A DNA stretch of 64,000 bases, taken from positions 481,237 to 545,236 of the forward strand of contig OZ246408.1 of the NCBI GenBank assembly GCA_965231015.1, given 5' to 3'. The stretch is from an uncultured Gammaproteobacteria bacterium (GTDB lineage Bacteria > Patescibacteriota > Patescibacteriia > UBA9934 > CAZDDW01). This document shows, in pieces, positions 8,737-17,270 of this stretch (position 1 is its first letter; every line of letters starts with the position of its first letter). Made by a program: the position numbers and the translations under genes. The notes below the pieces were generated by a model that was given only the letters and a program-made list of their open reading frames with translations, was not told the DNA's origin and searched no databases.

Positions 8737-9808
8737 TTTTCCGCCCCGCCGAGGAGGAGTGGCGCGGTACTTAGACAGTCTTTGTCACGAATTCAAAGAC
8801 CAGGTTTTGGTTTTAGCCGAACATGAAGTGGGGGAGAAAAGTTTTGATCCCGTGGCAGGTTATAAAATCGAGCGAGTTAATCTGATGTTTAAGTATTGGT
8901 GGCCGCGGTGGAAAAAGATGTTGTGGCTCGTATTTACTCGTCTGCGCCAGTTCGATGTGATTTGGACATCTCACGTTTTACCAGTTGGTTTGGTAGCCAT
9001 GATTTCTAAGTTGGTCTATCGCAAGCCATACTTTGTGTTTTTACATGGTATGGATTTTGCTTTGGCCACACGAAACTCGTGGAAAAAGTTTTTAACTCGG
9101 CAGATCATTAAACGAGCCGAACTTGTACTGACAAATTCTTGTGCCCTAGAAAAAAGAGTCCTTAAGTTTGTACCAGGGGTTCAAACCGAGGTAATATATC
9201 CGTCCGTGTCAGCCAAACTAACCGCGGTTGATTCTGATCGAGACTATCGAGCTGATGATACTGTTCATTTACTATCAGTGTCTCGGCTGGTTGGCCGCAA
9301 AGGTCACTATAACGTTATGCGAGCTTTGCGTCAGGTGTTGCTTGAAAAACCGGACATTAAAATTCACTACAACATCGTTGGTTCGGGAATTGAATACGCC
9401 AGCTTGCTTCGTCATATGGAAAATTTAAATCTTGAAAACCAGGTTTCATTTCATCAGCACGTAGAAGATCGGGAACTACCAAGTTTTTATACGAATGCTG
9501 ACATATTTATTTTGCCAACCGAGAACATGGGAGCAGATCTAGAAGGTTTCGGGATCGTATATTTAGAAGCTGGGCTTTCCGGGCTTCCAGTAATTGCCTC
9601 GAATTTGCCAGGGGTGAATGAGGCGGTGCTTGATGGTCAAACCGGAGTGTTAGTAGAACCGGGGAATGTGGACGATATTGCGCGAGCCATTAAGATCCTG
9701 ATCGATAATCCGGATCTTTGTAAGAAAATGGGAAAGGCGGGGTATGATCGTGCTCGGACCGAGTTTACCTCTCGTGCTCAAGCGGATAAACTGAAAAAAT
9801 ATCTATGA
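8708..9808 (+). CDS. GT4 family glycosyltransferase
   Basis: DFPPRRGGV, SRLVGRKG, EGFGIVYLEAG. Confidence 0.92.
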   Translation: MKRILLITPDFPPRRGGVARYLDSLCHEFKDQVLVLAEHEVGEKSFDPVAGYKIERVNLMFKYWWPRWKKMLWLVFTRLRQFDVIWTSHVLPVGLVAMISKLVYRKPYFVFLHGMDFALATRNSWKKFLTRQIIKRAELVLTNSCALEKRVLKFVPGVQTEVIYPSVSAKLTAVDSDRDYRADDTVHLLSVSRLVGRKGHYNVMRALRQVLLEKPDIKIHYNIVGSGIEYASLLRHMENLNLENQVSFHQHVEDRELPSFYTNADIFILPTENMGADLEGFGIVYLEAGLSGLPVIASNLPGVNEAVLDGQTGVLVEPGNVDDIARAIKILIDNPDLCKKMGKAGYDRARTEFTSRAQADKLKKYL

Positions 9809-10497
9809 TTAGTATAATTATTCCAACTTATAATGATGCGGAATTTTTACCTCTATGCTTAGAATCAGTATTTGGTCAGACCTTTCGGGATTTCGAGATC
9901 ATCGTAGTCAACGATGGATCAACGGACAATACTAAAGAAATTTTATCGAGCTACGAAAACCAGATTAAGGTCATTCATCAGGAAAACACGGGGCGCAATC
10001 CTGCCCGCATGCGCGGCTACGCTGAAGCGAATGGGGACTATCTATTATTTCTCGATTCAGATATTGAAATGGAACCGGACATGCTTGAGAATTTGTATCG
10101 AGCTCTTGAAACAAGCCCGGACGCGTCTTTTGCTTATGGTCAGTTCGTTTTTGGCAATAAAATGTTTTCGAGTTTTCCGTATGATCCGGAGCTTCTCAAA
10201 AAGATGAACTATATTCACACCTCAGCTCTAATTCGCCGAGCCCATTTTCCTGGGTTTGATCCAGAGATTAAAAAATTTCAGGATTGGGATGTGTGGCTCA
10301 CCATGCTCGGGCAAGGTCACACCGGAGTGTATGTTCCGAAGCTTGTGTTTAAAGCTCACGTAGATGGACAAGCCCTATCAAAATGGTTGCCCGCGTTTGT
10401 ATACAAGATTCCGTGGAAGTATCTTGGCTGGACACCAAAAAGAATTCGAGAGTATGAGGAAGCAAAAAGAATAATACAAAATAAACATAGCATATAG
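9805..10497 (+). CDS. GT2 family glycosyltransferase
   Basis: ISIIIPTYN, VVNDGSTD, FLDSD, QDWD. Confidence 0.92.
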   Translation: MISIIIPTYNDAEFLPLCLESVFGQTFRDFEIIVVNDGSTDNTKEILSSYENQIKVIHQENTGRNPARMRGYAEANGDYLLFLDSDIEMEPDMLENLYRALETSPDASFAYGQFVFGNKMFSSFPYDPELLKKMNYIHTSALIRRAHFPGFDPEIKKFQDWDVWLTMLGQGHTGVYVPKLVFKAHVDGQALSKWLPAFVYKIPWKYLGWTPKRIREYEEAKRIIQNKHSI

Positions 10498-10499
10498 CA

Positions 10500-10560
10500 C
10501 GTCGCAAATCGCTCGTCGTCCAGAAACGACATGCGACAAGCGACGCGCAACGTGTGATAT
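10500..10560. repeat. Intergenic palindromic element with 7-nt periodicity (copy 1)
   Basis: CGTCGCAAATCGCTCGTCGTCCAGAAACGACATGCGAC matches 29627-29664 at 34/38. Confidence 0.75.
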
Positions 10561-10562
10561 AT

Positions 10563-11420
10563 ATGAACGACGTTTCGATTATTATTGTGAACTATAAAGT
10601 CGCCGATCTAGTGGAACGGTGTATTGCTTCGGTTTATGAATATACCAAAGGAGTGAATTTTGAGATCTATTTAGTCGACAATGCTTCAGGAGATGATGTG
10701 GTGCCGCGCATTAGCTCGAAATTTCCCGAGGTCAACATTGTAGCCAACAACAAGAATCTAGGTTTTGCCGCGGCCTGTGATCAGGGAATTGAGCTCTCAC
10801 GCGGTGAGTTTGTGTTGTTATTGAATCCTGATACCGAGCTCAAGGATGACGCGATCAGTCAGGTAGTCTCGAAGATGCAAACGGATAGGGAAGTTGGAGT
10901 TGGGGGTGTGCACCTGGTGAACCCGGACGGAACCCACCAGAGTTCAGGGGTGCGGCGTTTTCCGGGCGTACTCGATCAGTTGCTGATTATGCTCAAGATT
11001 CCGCATCTGTTTGGCGAAGTCGGACCGGTGAAACGGTATTTAATGTCGAATCTCGATTACGCCGAGTCGCAAGATGTGGACCAAGTCATGGGCGCGTTCT
11101 TCTGCATCCGCCGGGAGTTAATGCAAAAAATCGGTATGCTCGACCCTGGATTTTTTATCTGGTTTGAAGAGGTGGATTTTTGTAAACGAGCCGTCGATTC
11201 AGGATATCGAGTTCGTTACTATGCGGATATTGACGTCGTGCATCATCGCGGCGCGAGCTTCGGCCAAGTTGCCACGATCAAGAAACAACGCTGGATCCGC
11301 AACAGTCTGCGCAGATATATCCGCAAGCACAAAGGTGTACCTGCGTGGTTGCTCTTTGTCCTGCTCGAGCCCGTGTTTATCGTTCTCGCAATCATGGCTC
11401 AAATAATTAAACCGAAATAA
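10563..11420 (+). CDS. GT2 family glycosyltransferase (WbbL-like rhamnosyltransferase)
   Basis: VSIIIVNY, NLGFAAA, LLLNPDT, FFIWFEEVDFC. Confidence 0.9.
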   Translation: MNDVSIIIVNYKVADLVERCIASVYEYTKGVNFEIYLVDNASGDDVVPRISSKFPEVNIVANNKNLGFAAACDQGIELSRGEFVLLLNPDTELKDDAISQVVSKMQTDREVGVGGVHLVNPDGTHQSSGVRRFPGVLDQLLIMLKIPHLFGEVGPVKRYLMSNLDYAESQDVDQVMGAFFCIRRELMQKIGMLDPGFFIWFEEVDFCKRAVDSGYRVRYYADIDVVHHRGASFGQVATIKKQRWIRNSLRRYIRKHKGVPAWLLFVLLEPVFIVLAIMAQIIKPK

Positions 11421-11463
11421 TTATGATTCCAATTTTGATAAAGTTTAATAGAAAAACTTAAAT

Positions 11464-11724
11464 TTGATTTTCATAGAGAAAATTACACTTGTTGTAGATG
11501 TTGTTCCGGTAGACCTGGATGTCGAATCATCTGAAGGTATTGAAGTGCATGGGGCGGTCGGTTTTTACCATTCAAAAGAAGATGTTATTACTTTTGATGT
11601 TGCTAATAATAAGAGGAAAGAGTTTGAGTTTATGGGGCGACAGTTCTCTATTCATTTAACTGATCAAATAAATGTTGCCACGCCTTTTGAGTATGTATTT
11701 GGTATATCAGAATTAGATTCGTAG
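11464..11724 (+). CDS. Small hypothetical protein (start uncertain)
   Basis: 86-aa ORF in an AT-rich gap; no motif recognised. Confidence 0.35.
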   Translation: MIFIEKITLVVDVVPVDLDVESSEGIEVHGAVGFYHSKEDVITFDVANNKRKEFEFMGRQFSIHLTDQINVATPFEYVFGISELDS

Positions 11725-11830
11725 ACCTTGCCACGCTCTAAATCAAAAACAAAAATCACCCTACGTTCTTTAAACCCAAACCCACCCTCAATTGAAATCA
11801 ATCGAAGGTGAGTGGGTTGGACCTAAACTT

Positions 11831-11905
11831 TGGTGGACCCAACGAGAATTGAACTCGTGTTTCCCGGTACTCAAACGGGTGGGCTAACCATTACCCCATG
11901 GGCCC
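11831..11905 (-). tRNA. Atypical tRNA-like gene: Ala-type acceptor stem, GAG anticodon
   Basis: GGGCCCA-TG-GGGT-AATGGTTA-GCCC-A-CCCGT-TTGAGTA-CCGGG-AAAC-ACGAG-TTCAATT-CTCGT-TGGGTCC-ACCA; full cloverleaf with encoded CCA, G3-U70 and A73. Confidence 0.85.
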
Positions 11906-12011
11906 TGGCCCACAGCCTAGGATGTTTTTCAACAAAAAAACTCCTTCTGTAAAAAGGGGAGTTCTTTTGGAGTACCGGGAATGGGACCATGAGTTGGTAC
12001 CACCCGTTCAT
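11871..12011 (-). CDS. Putative 46-aa leader ORF ending in the anticodon loop of the tRNA-like gene
   Basis: ATG at 12011, MNGWYQLMVPFPVLQKNSPFYRRSFFVEKHPRLWARAHGVMVSPPV, TGA at 11873-11871; translation unproven. Confidence 0.3.
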   Translation of the reverse strand: MNGWYQLMVPFPVLQKNSPFYRRSFFVEKHPRLWARAHGVMVSPPV

Positions 12012-12017
12012 AAATAG

Positions 12018-12046
12018 ATTTAATCACGAAAAAGTGCTAATGTCAA
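12018..12046 (-). promoter_or_regulatory. Sigma70-type promoter for the leader/tRNA-like transcript
   Basis: TTGACA (12046-12041), 17 bp, TG-a-TTAAAT; predicted start at or next to the ATG at 12011. Confidence 0.55.
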
Positions 12047-12064
12047 GGCACTGATGTGGACAAT

Positions 12065-12580
12065 ATGCCTCGATCTAAGCCAAAAAAAGTGACTGTGAAC
12101 GATAAGATGCAGAAGAGTTACCGCTACGAGCTGACGGAACCGTCAGGTCGGAATTTTGATCCCGAATTTAAGCCAGATCTCACGCCTGCGCAAATGCTTA
12201 AGATGGGCGTGTTTGGAGGGAAGTACATGACCGATTGTAAAAAAGAATTTCCGGCTAGTTGGTTTAAAGGTGCCAAGCTGAACTCGAAGCATCATGATCC
12301 GACACTCAATTTTTTCAAGATAGACGCGTCTCAACGTCTCGCGGTCTGGCAAGAAAAAGGTTGGATTCATCCGGATGACCCACGCGGCTGGTTCCAGTGG
12401 TACTGCCGGTATTACATGGGTCGACGACACGAAGATGATGAGCGACAAATCAAACGCTGGAAAGCCATGACGCGCCACGTGGCGCAGGTCAAAAAGAACT
12501 GTGCCAAGGGAGACAAAAAGTGCCACCCGCGCCAGCGCCAAGCCCTGCTTCATTGGGCGTATGATTCACGCAAATTTTAA
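12065..12580 (+). CDS. Conserved hypothetical protein (DPRGWFQWYCRYY motif)
   Basis: FKPDLTPAQML..GVFGGKY, DPRGWFQWYCRYYMGRR, RQALLHWAYD; function unknown to me. Confidence 0.75.
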   Translation: MPRSKPKKVTVNDKMQKSYRYELTEPSGRNFDPEFKPDLTPAQMLKMGVFGGKYMTDCKKEFPASWFKGAKLNSKHHDPTLNFFKIDASQRLAVWQEKGWIHPDDPRGWFQWYCRYYMGRRHEDDERQIKRWKAMTRHVAQVKKNCAKGDKKCHPRQRQALLHWAYDSRKF

Positions 12581-12582
12581 CT

Positions 12583-14316
12583 ATGTCCAAAACCCCCAAC
12601 TACGACGCGAAAGTTAAAGCTATCCTCGACGAGCTCACGCCCGGCGAGCGGGTTTGTGAGTTGACCGGGGAGAAGTGGAAGATGACCGAGCGAGAGATTA
12701 GTTGGTACAAAAAGTTCAACGTCCCGCCATCCAAGTACTCGCCGCTCACACGATGGCGGCTCATGACGTCTTTCTTCTGTGGTTGGCAATGGTGGTATAA
12801 TCCGCACCCGAAAACAGGGAAGCCGGTGTTGAGTTATATCCATCCAGCAAGCGGATACAAGGTGCTGCCAGATAATGAGTGGTATGATACAGACTTCAGT
12901 GAAATATCTGCGAAATATAATCCCGATCGTTCGTTTTTTGAACAATTTGACGAGTTTAATAAACAAATTCCTCAATCTGCATCCAAAGATGTAAAGGAAT
13001 CCTATAATTCAATCACAGTAGTTTCGCTTGGAGATGAGGATAGCTATTTTGTTTTAGCCAGCAACACCAAGCGGTCAATCAATTGTTCTTGTGCCAAAGA
13101 TACAGAGGACTCGGCAGAAGTTTATTGGTCAACGAAGGTTCAGAAGTCATATAATATTGTTAATTCACACCGGGTTCATAATTGTAAATATTTACGTGAA
13201 TGTTTTAATTGCCTTAATTCATCTTTTTTGTTTGATTGTAGAGATTGTGAAGATTGTTTTGGGGCTGCTAACAAGCGTCACAAAAAGTACTTATGGTTTA
13301 ATGAACAATTGAGTGAGGGTGAATACCGTCAAAGATTAAAAGAAGTTGATCTCAGTTGTCGCTCCGGGCTTGAAAAATACATTGAGCGTTTCAAAACAAT
13401 GATTACCGAAGAAAGTGTTTGGCCAGAAAATTTTAATGATGCCGTTGAAAACTGTACGGGTGAATATCTTGAAGGGTGCACCGATCTTGATTATTGTTTT
13501 GCCTGCAATCCCGGATCAAGAAACTTGTATTATTGTTCCTTTGTCCACGGTGCTTCCAATGATTGTGCTTTTTGTTGTGGCCCGCACTCGAGTAATTTAT
13601 GTTATTACACCATTCCGTCAGAGTGTTCAAGATCATATTTTTGTTATGAGACTTTCAAATGCAGTAATGTTGAATATTGCATGAATTGTATTAATTGTGA
13701 ACATTGTTTTGCATGTTCCGGTTTACAACACAAAAGGTTTTGTATCTTTAATCGGCAATATCCAGAATCAGAGTATTGGCAAAAGCTCGATGAGATTAAA
13801 TCAAACATGCTCGAGCAAGGAGATTACGGCGAATTTTTTCCCGCCCAGTATGCGCCTGGTTATTTTCCTGATGCAGGGGCTCTCGTTTTTGATGCTCAGG
13901 ATATGGGCAAAAAGTTTGGTGCATTAGAATACGACCCTGAATCGCTTGGTGCTATTGGGGAAGAACTCGCCGATATCTCGAAGATGCGAGACACAAGCGA
14001 AGTACCCGACTGTATTGATGAAATGGCCTTGGATGACTGGACTGACATTCCGGTGTATGATTCAAAGATTAATCGGCGGTTTTCTTATTTGCGCCCGGAA
14101 ATAGATTTTTATAAAAAGAACAGGATCGCTCCGCCCAATGTGCATTTTATTCCACGGGTTAAGCAGTTATACTGGGAAGGGAACACAGGAGTATTTGTTG
14201 ATGCTCGTTGTGCCAAATGTGATCAGGAAATTATGGTGGCTCGAAATAAGACCTACCCAAACCGAACTATCTATTGCAAACCTTGTTACCTAGAGTATCT
14301 TGAACAATATGGGTAA
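12583..14316 (+). CDS. Cys-rich CPR-type hypothetical protein with beta-helix-like Cys repeats and terminal zinc-ribbon
   Basis: Repeated CxxCxxCF.C motifs, K.FCIFNRQY..EY, C-terminal CAKC...YCKPCY. Confidence 0.75.
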   Translation: MSKTPNYDAKVKAILDELTPGERVCELTGEKWKMTEREISWYKKFNVPPSKYSPLTRWRLMTSFFCGWQWWYNPHPKTGKPVLSYIHPASGYKVLPDNEWYDTDFSEISAKYNPDRSFFEQFDEFNKQIPQSASKDVKESYNSITVVSLGDEDSYFVLASNTKRSINCSCAKDTEDSAEVYWSTKVQKSYNIVNSHRVHNCKYLRECFNCLNSSFLFDCRDCEDCFGAANKRHKKYLWFNEQLSEGEYRQRLKEVDLSCRSGLEKYIERFKTMITEESVWPENFNDAVENCTGEYLEGCTDLDYCFACNPGSRNLYYCSFVHGASNDCAFCCGPHSSNLCYYTIPSECSRSYFCYETFKCSNVEYCMNCINCEHCFACSGLQHKRFCIFNRQYPESEYWQKLDEIKSNMLEQGDYGEFFPAQYAPGYFPDAGALVFDAQDMGKKFGALEYDPESLGAIGEELADISKMRDTSEVPDCIDEMALDDWTDIPVYDSKINRRFSYLRPEIDFYKKNRIAPPNVHFIPRVKQLYWEGNTGVFVDARCAKCDQEIMVARNKTYPNRTIYCKPCYLEYLEQYG

Positions 14317-15895
14317 GCTGTCAAAACACTTCATTCCGAATGAACAAAGGAATCCACTGATCTCACAATTTGTTGGACCGTTGTTTTGGATTGTCTTGAG
14401 CTCGGTCTTGGTCGCGCATGTGGTTTCGTTCTTCACCCTCGGCACAGTGGCCGAATCGGTCATGGTGGTGGTAATCGGGGTTTTGGTGTTTGGTTTAAGC
14501 CTGTGGAAGCTTGAATATGGGCTTTATTTTGCCTTTGCAGAGCTATTTGTGGGCTCACATGGTCACTTATTCGATTTCGGGTGGTTCAGCGTAAGAATGG
14601 CCATTTTTGCGGCCGTGATGTTGGCTTGGTTGGTCAAATTTGTTACTCGCCGGATCGATTTCTTTTTGAAGGATTACCGGATTTATCCGTATTTACTGTT
14701 GGTTGTGTCCGTGATTATCGGAACCGCGGTCGGGCTTGTGGCCGGAAACGATAAAATGGACGTGTTTAATGACATGAACGCCTATTTGTTTCTTGGGTAT
14801 TTATTGCCAGTGCTTTCGATCCGTTGGACAGCGCTTCGTAAGCGCTCGCTTTTAGAGGTGCTGGCTGCCGGCGGAGCCTGGATCGTGGTCGAGTCACTGG
14901 CTCTGTTCTACGTGTTCACGCACGCGAGCGAAGACTTAGAGCGATTACTTTACATTTTTTTCCGTGACGCTCGTATTGCTGAAATTACACGAGTCTCCGG
15001 AGATGTGTTTCGGGTGTTCATGCAGTCACAGTTCACAGTTGTGATTGTGCTCATAATTGCCACGGCCGCACTTTTTTACTTGTGGCAACGTCACGTTAAT
15101 CGTAACTTTATTGCCTTGTCGTTGATCGGACTTTGGGCTGCAGTAATTTTGAGTATGTCACGCAGTTTCTGGGTCGGCCTCGCAGCCGGACTTGGTGTGC
15201 TAGGATTGTTTGTTCTTTTTAGTAAGGGGTATGGATTTGGAAAATTTGTCACGCGAGTTTTTCTCTCGGTTCTCATGCTTGGATCCGGCGTGTTGCTGCT
15301 TTGGAACTTGTTGGCTGTACCATTTCCGCAAGCGCTTGGGGTAGGGGACTTTGGTTCGATCTTGTCGTCCCGAGCCACAGACTTGGACGAGGCCGCAGCC
15401 CGAAGTCGTTGGAGTTTGATTGGGCCAATGATGGAACAGATTGGGCAGAGCCCGCTTGCTGGACGCGGATTTGGTACCATTGTTGAATATGAATCAGATG
15501 ATCCACGCGTACAAAAATTCTATGGTGGAGTTGCTACTACGTATGCATTTGAATGGGGGTTCCTGGATCTGTGGCTAAAGATGGGACTGCTCGGTCTGGC
15601 TGCATTTGTTTGGATCTTTGTGATGTATATTCGTTCACTCTTTGGTGCGGCTAAGACCGAGGAACACGGTTGGCTTATGCTCGCGCTTGGTTGCGGACTC
15701 ATTGCCCTTTATGCTACCCATATTTTTTCACCATACTTGAATCATCCAATCGGGCTCGGGTTTTTGGTCTTCCTAATGCCATTTTTAGATCTGACTCATC
15801 CTCATTTTTCCTTCGAATCAATTAAGGAAACCGTTAAGCAAAAAACTGCTGTGCAAACAACCACCCCGGCCATGACTTCAAAGATTGTGGATTAA
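14309..15895 (+). CDS. O-antigen ligase/Wzy-like membrane protein
   Basis: Many TM helices, LSMSRSFWVG, PLAGRGFG, LDLWLKMGLLG. Confidence 0.8.
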   Translation: MGKLSKHFIPNEQRNPLISQFVGPLFWIVLSSVLVAHVVSFFTLGTVAESVMVVVIGVLVFGLSLWKLEYGLYFAFAELFVGSHGHLFDFGWFSVRMAIFAAVMLAWLVKFVTRRIDFFLKDYRIYPYLLLVVSVIIGTAVGLVAGNDKMDVFNDMNAYLFLGYLLPVLSIRWTALRKRSLLEVLAAGGAWIVVESLALFYVFTHASEDLERLLYIFFRDARIAEITRVSGDVFRVFMQSQFTVVIVLIIATAALFYLWQRHVNRNFIALSLIGLWAAVILSMSRSFWVGLAAGLGVLGLFVLFSKGYGFGKFVTRVFLSVLMLGSGVLLLWNLLAVPFPQALGVGDFGSILSSRATDLDEAAARSRWSLIGPMMEQIGQSPLAGRGFGTIVEYESDDPRVQKFYGGVATTYAFEWGFLDLWLKMGLLGLAAFVWIFVMYIRSLFGAAKTEEHGWLMLALGCGLIALYATHIFSPYLNHPIGLGFLVFLMPFLDLTHPHFSFESIKETVKQKTAVQTTTPAMTSKIVD

Positions 15896-16002
15896 GATTT
15901 CCACAATCTTAATCTTGACGATCAGGTCAAACCGTGTTAAACAGAAAATAGATTATAAAAGACTCCCCAATTTTTTTTGCGGAGTTTTTATTTTCAAAAA
16001 CA

Positions 16003-16040
16003 GTTGTATAAACAGTTCGATCGCATCATATTTAGAACCA
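16003..16040. repeat. 38-bp CGATCG-centred repeat upstream of PaaX/Cas2-like gene 2
   Basis: GTTGTATAAACAGTTCGATCGCATCATATTTAGAACCA; 27/38 identical to 16544-16581. Confidence 0.65.
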
Positions 16041-16046
16041 AAGACA

Positions 16047-16541
16047 ATGTCTGAAATTAAGGAAACATTTCTGGATTTGCTACACTTGGCTGGTATGGCA
16101 ATGAGTAATGGTCGGCATATGCCTTCGACCATGTTTTTAGATCGCGAGTCATATAACAGATGGTGTGAAATACAGGAAAGAAAGAAGATGAAACGCTTCA
16201 AATATGAAATAAAACGGCAGAATATTCTTAAAATAGAAGAGAGACACAATGAGATAATTTTACATATATCGCAAAAAGGAAAGCTTGAAGCCCTGAAACA
16301 GCAGATAATGAGCACAGAAGATGAACTACCAAAAGGACAATTGTGTGTTGTGAGTTACGATATTCCAGAGATTGCAAAAAAGAGCAGGGCGGTTTTTCGG
16401 GGGTTTTTAAAACGATCAGGATTTGCTCAGTTGCATAAAAGCACCTGGCATACGAGAAAAAATGTTGTTAAAACACTTAAGCAGTTGATCGATAAACTAG
16501 AGATCAATGAATGGGTTTCTGTTTTTCATGTTGTTGGTTAG
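16047..16541 (+). CDS. PaaX-like wHTH + Cas2/VapD-like protein (paralog 2)
   Basis: Shares the N-terminal GRHMPST motif with 6316..6813; VVSYDIPE...R..FRGFLKRSGF.QLHKSTW. Confidence 0.75.
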   Translation: MSEIKETFLDLLHLAGMAMSNGRHMPSTMFLDRESYNRWCEIQERKKMKRFKYEIKRQNILKIEERHNEIILHISQKGKLEALKQQIMSTEDELPKGQLCVVSYDIPEIAKKSRAVFRGFLKRSGFAQLHKSTWHTRKNVVKTLKQLIDKLEINEWVSVFHVVG

Positions 16542-16543
16542 TG

Positions 16544-16581
16544 GTTGTAAAAATAGTGCGATCGCGCGTTTTCTGAAACCA
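16544..16581. repeat. 38-bp CGATCG-centred repeat downstream of PaaX/Cas2-like gene 2
   Basis: GTTGTAAAAATAGTGCGATCGCGCGTTTTCTGAAACCA immediately after the stop codon. Confidence 0.65.
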
Positions 16582-16664
16582 GATTGCGTGATTCTATTTA
16601 TTGGAATAACAAAAAACCGCGGTTTAAACCACGACTGCTGCAGTCACGAGTGAAATATTTGATT

Positions 16665-16713
16665 AAAAAAAGGCGGGATCGTTTCAATTCACTAGGAATT
16701 GTCGTTTCCCGCC
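16665..16713 (-). terminator. Intrinsic terminator
   Basis: GGCGGGA...TCCCGCC stem followed by T7 on the minus strand. Confidence 0.75.
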
Positions 16714-17184
16714 AGAGTGAAGACCATACAGTCACAGCCTGCCCTGATAAAGTAGCTGTTTTTTGACCGTACGTGACACCTTTTTTCACCCTCGGAAGGG
16801 AGACCTGATCGTGCCAAACCAGGATTATCTTTCGTTGCCCGTTAAGGATGCGGGCCTTTGGTGGATGATTAGTCGCACAACGCTGATCGTCCTAGCTCAT
16901 GGGTGGGAACCCCCAATCATTGCCAGGCAATCGACTCTTGCCGCATCAGTTTCCCTGGTTCTCACCTGAACCATCTGATGGGCCTGTCCTTAAGGACCGG
17001 TGAGCTTATCGGGGATCTTGCCAACGTCAGGGTCGCCAGCATCCCTTGGATAAGTGTCCCGTGGTATAGTAGGTCACCCTTTTCCTGAGCCACGTCTCAG
17101 GGGGTGGGCAAGGACGGGGGGGCCGCCTTGCCTCGGCCTTTTCCACTCCGCAGAAACCCTTCAAGTTGGATTCCCACGGTGATG
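16665..17184 (-). ncRNA. Putative large (~520 nt) structured ncRNA of unknown family
   Basis: Strong promoter upstream, terminator at 16665-16713, GC-rich, nested helices, no credible ORF. Confidence 0.6.
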
Positions 17185-17189
17185 CGCCC

Positions 17190-17218
17190 AATATAACACA
17201 AAATAACACTTTTGTCAA
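17190..17218 (-). promoter_or_regulatory. Near-consensus sigma70 promoter
   Basis: TTGACA (17218-17213), 17 bp, extended TGt-TATATT (17195-17190). Confidence 0.75.
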
Positions 17219-17270
17219 GTGTCAGACACAAAAGCGACCTCAAAAGTCGCTTATTTTAGTACAATTTTAC

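Noticed and set aside
11831-12011. Canonical or permuted tmRNA
   Set aside because: It has a fully paired D-stem and a closed anticodon arm in 75 nt, with no recognisable tag peptide; only the Ala acceptor identity is shared.
16665-17184. RNase P RNA, SRP RNA or group II intron; also the short 60-68 aa ORFs here
   Set aside because: Signature sequences were not found by eye, and the ORFs are short, overlapping and motif-free.
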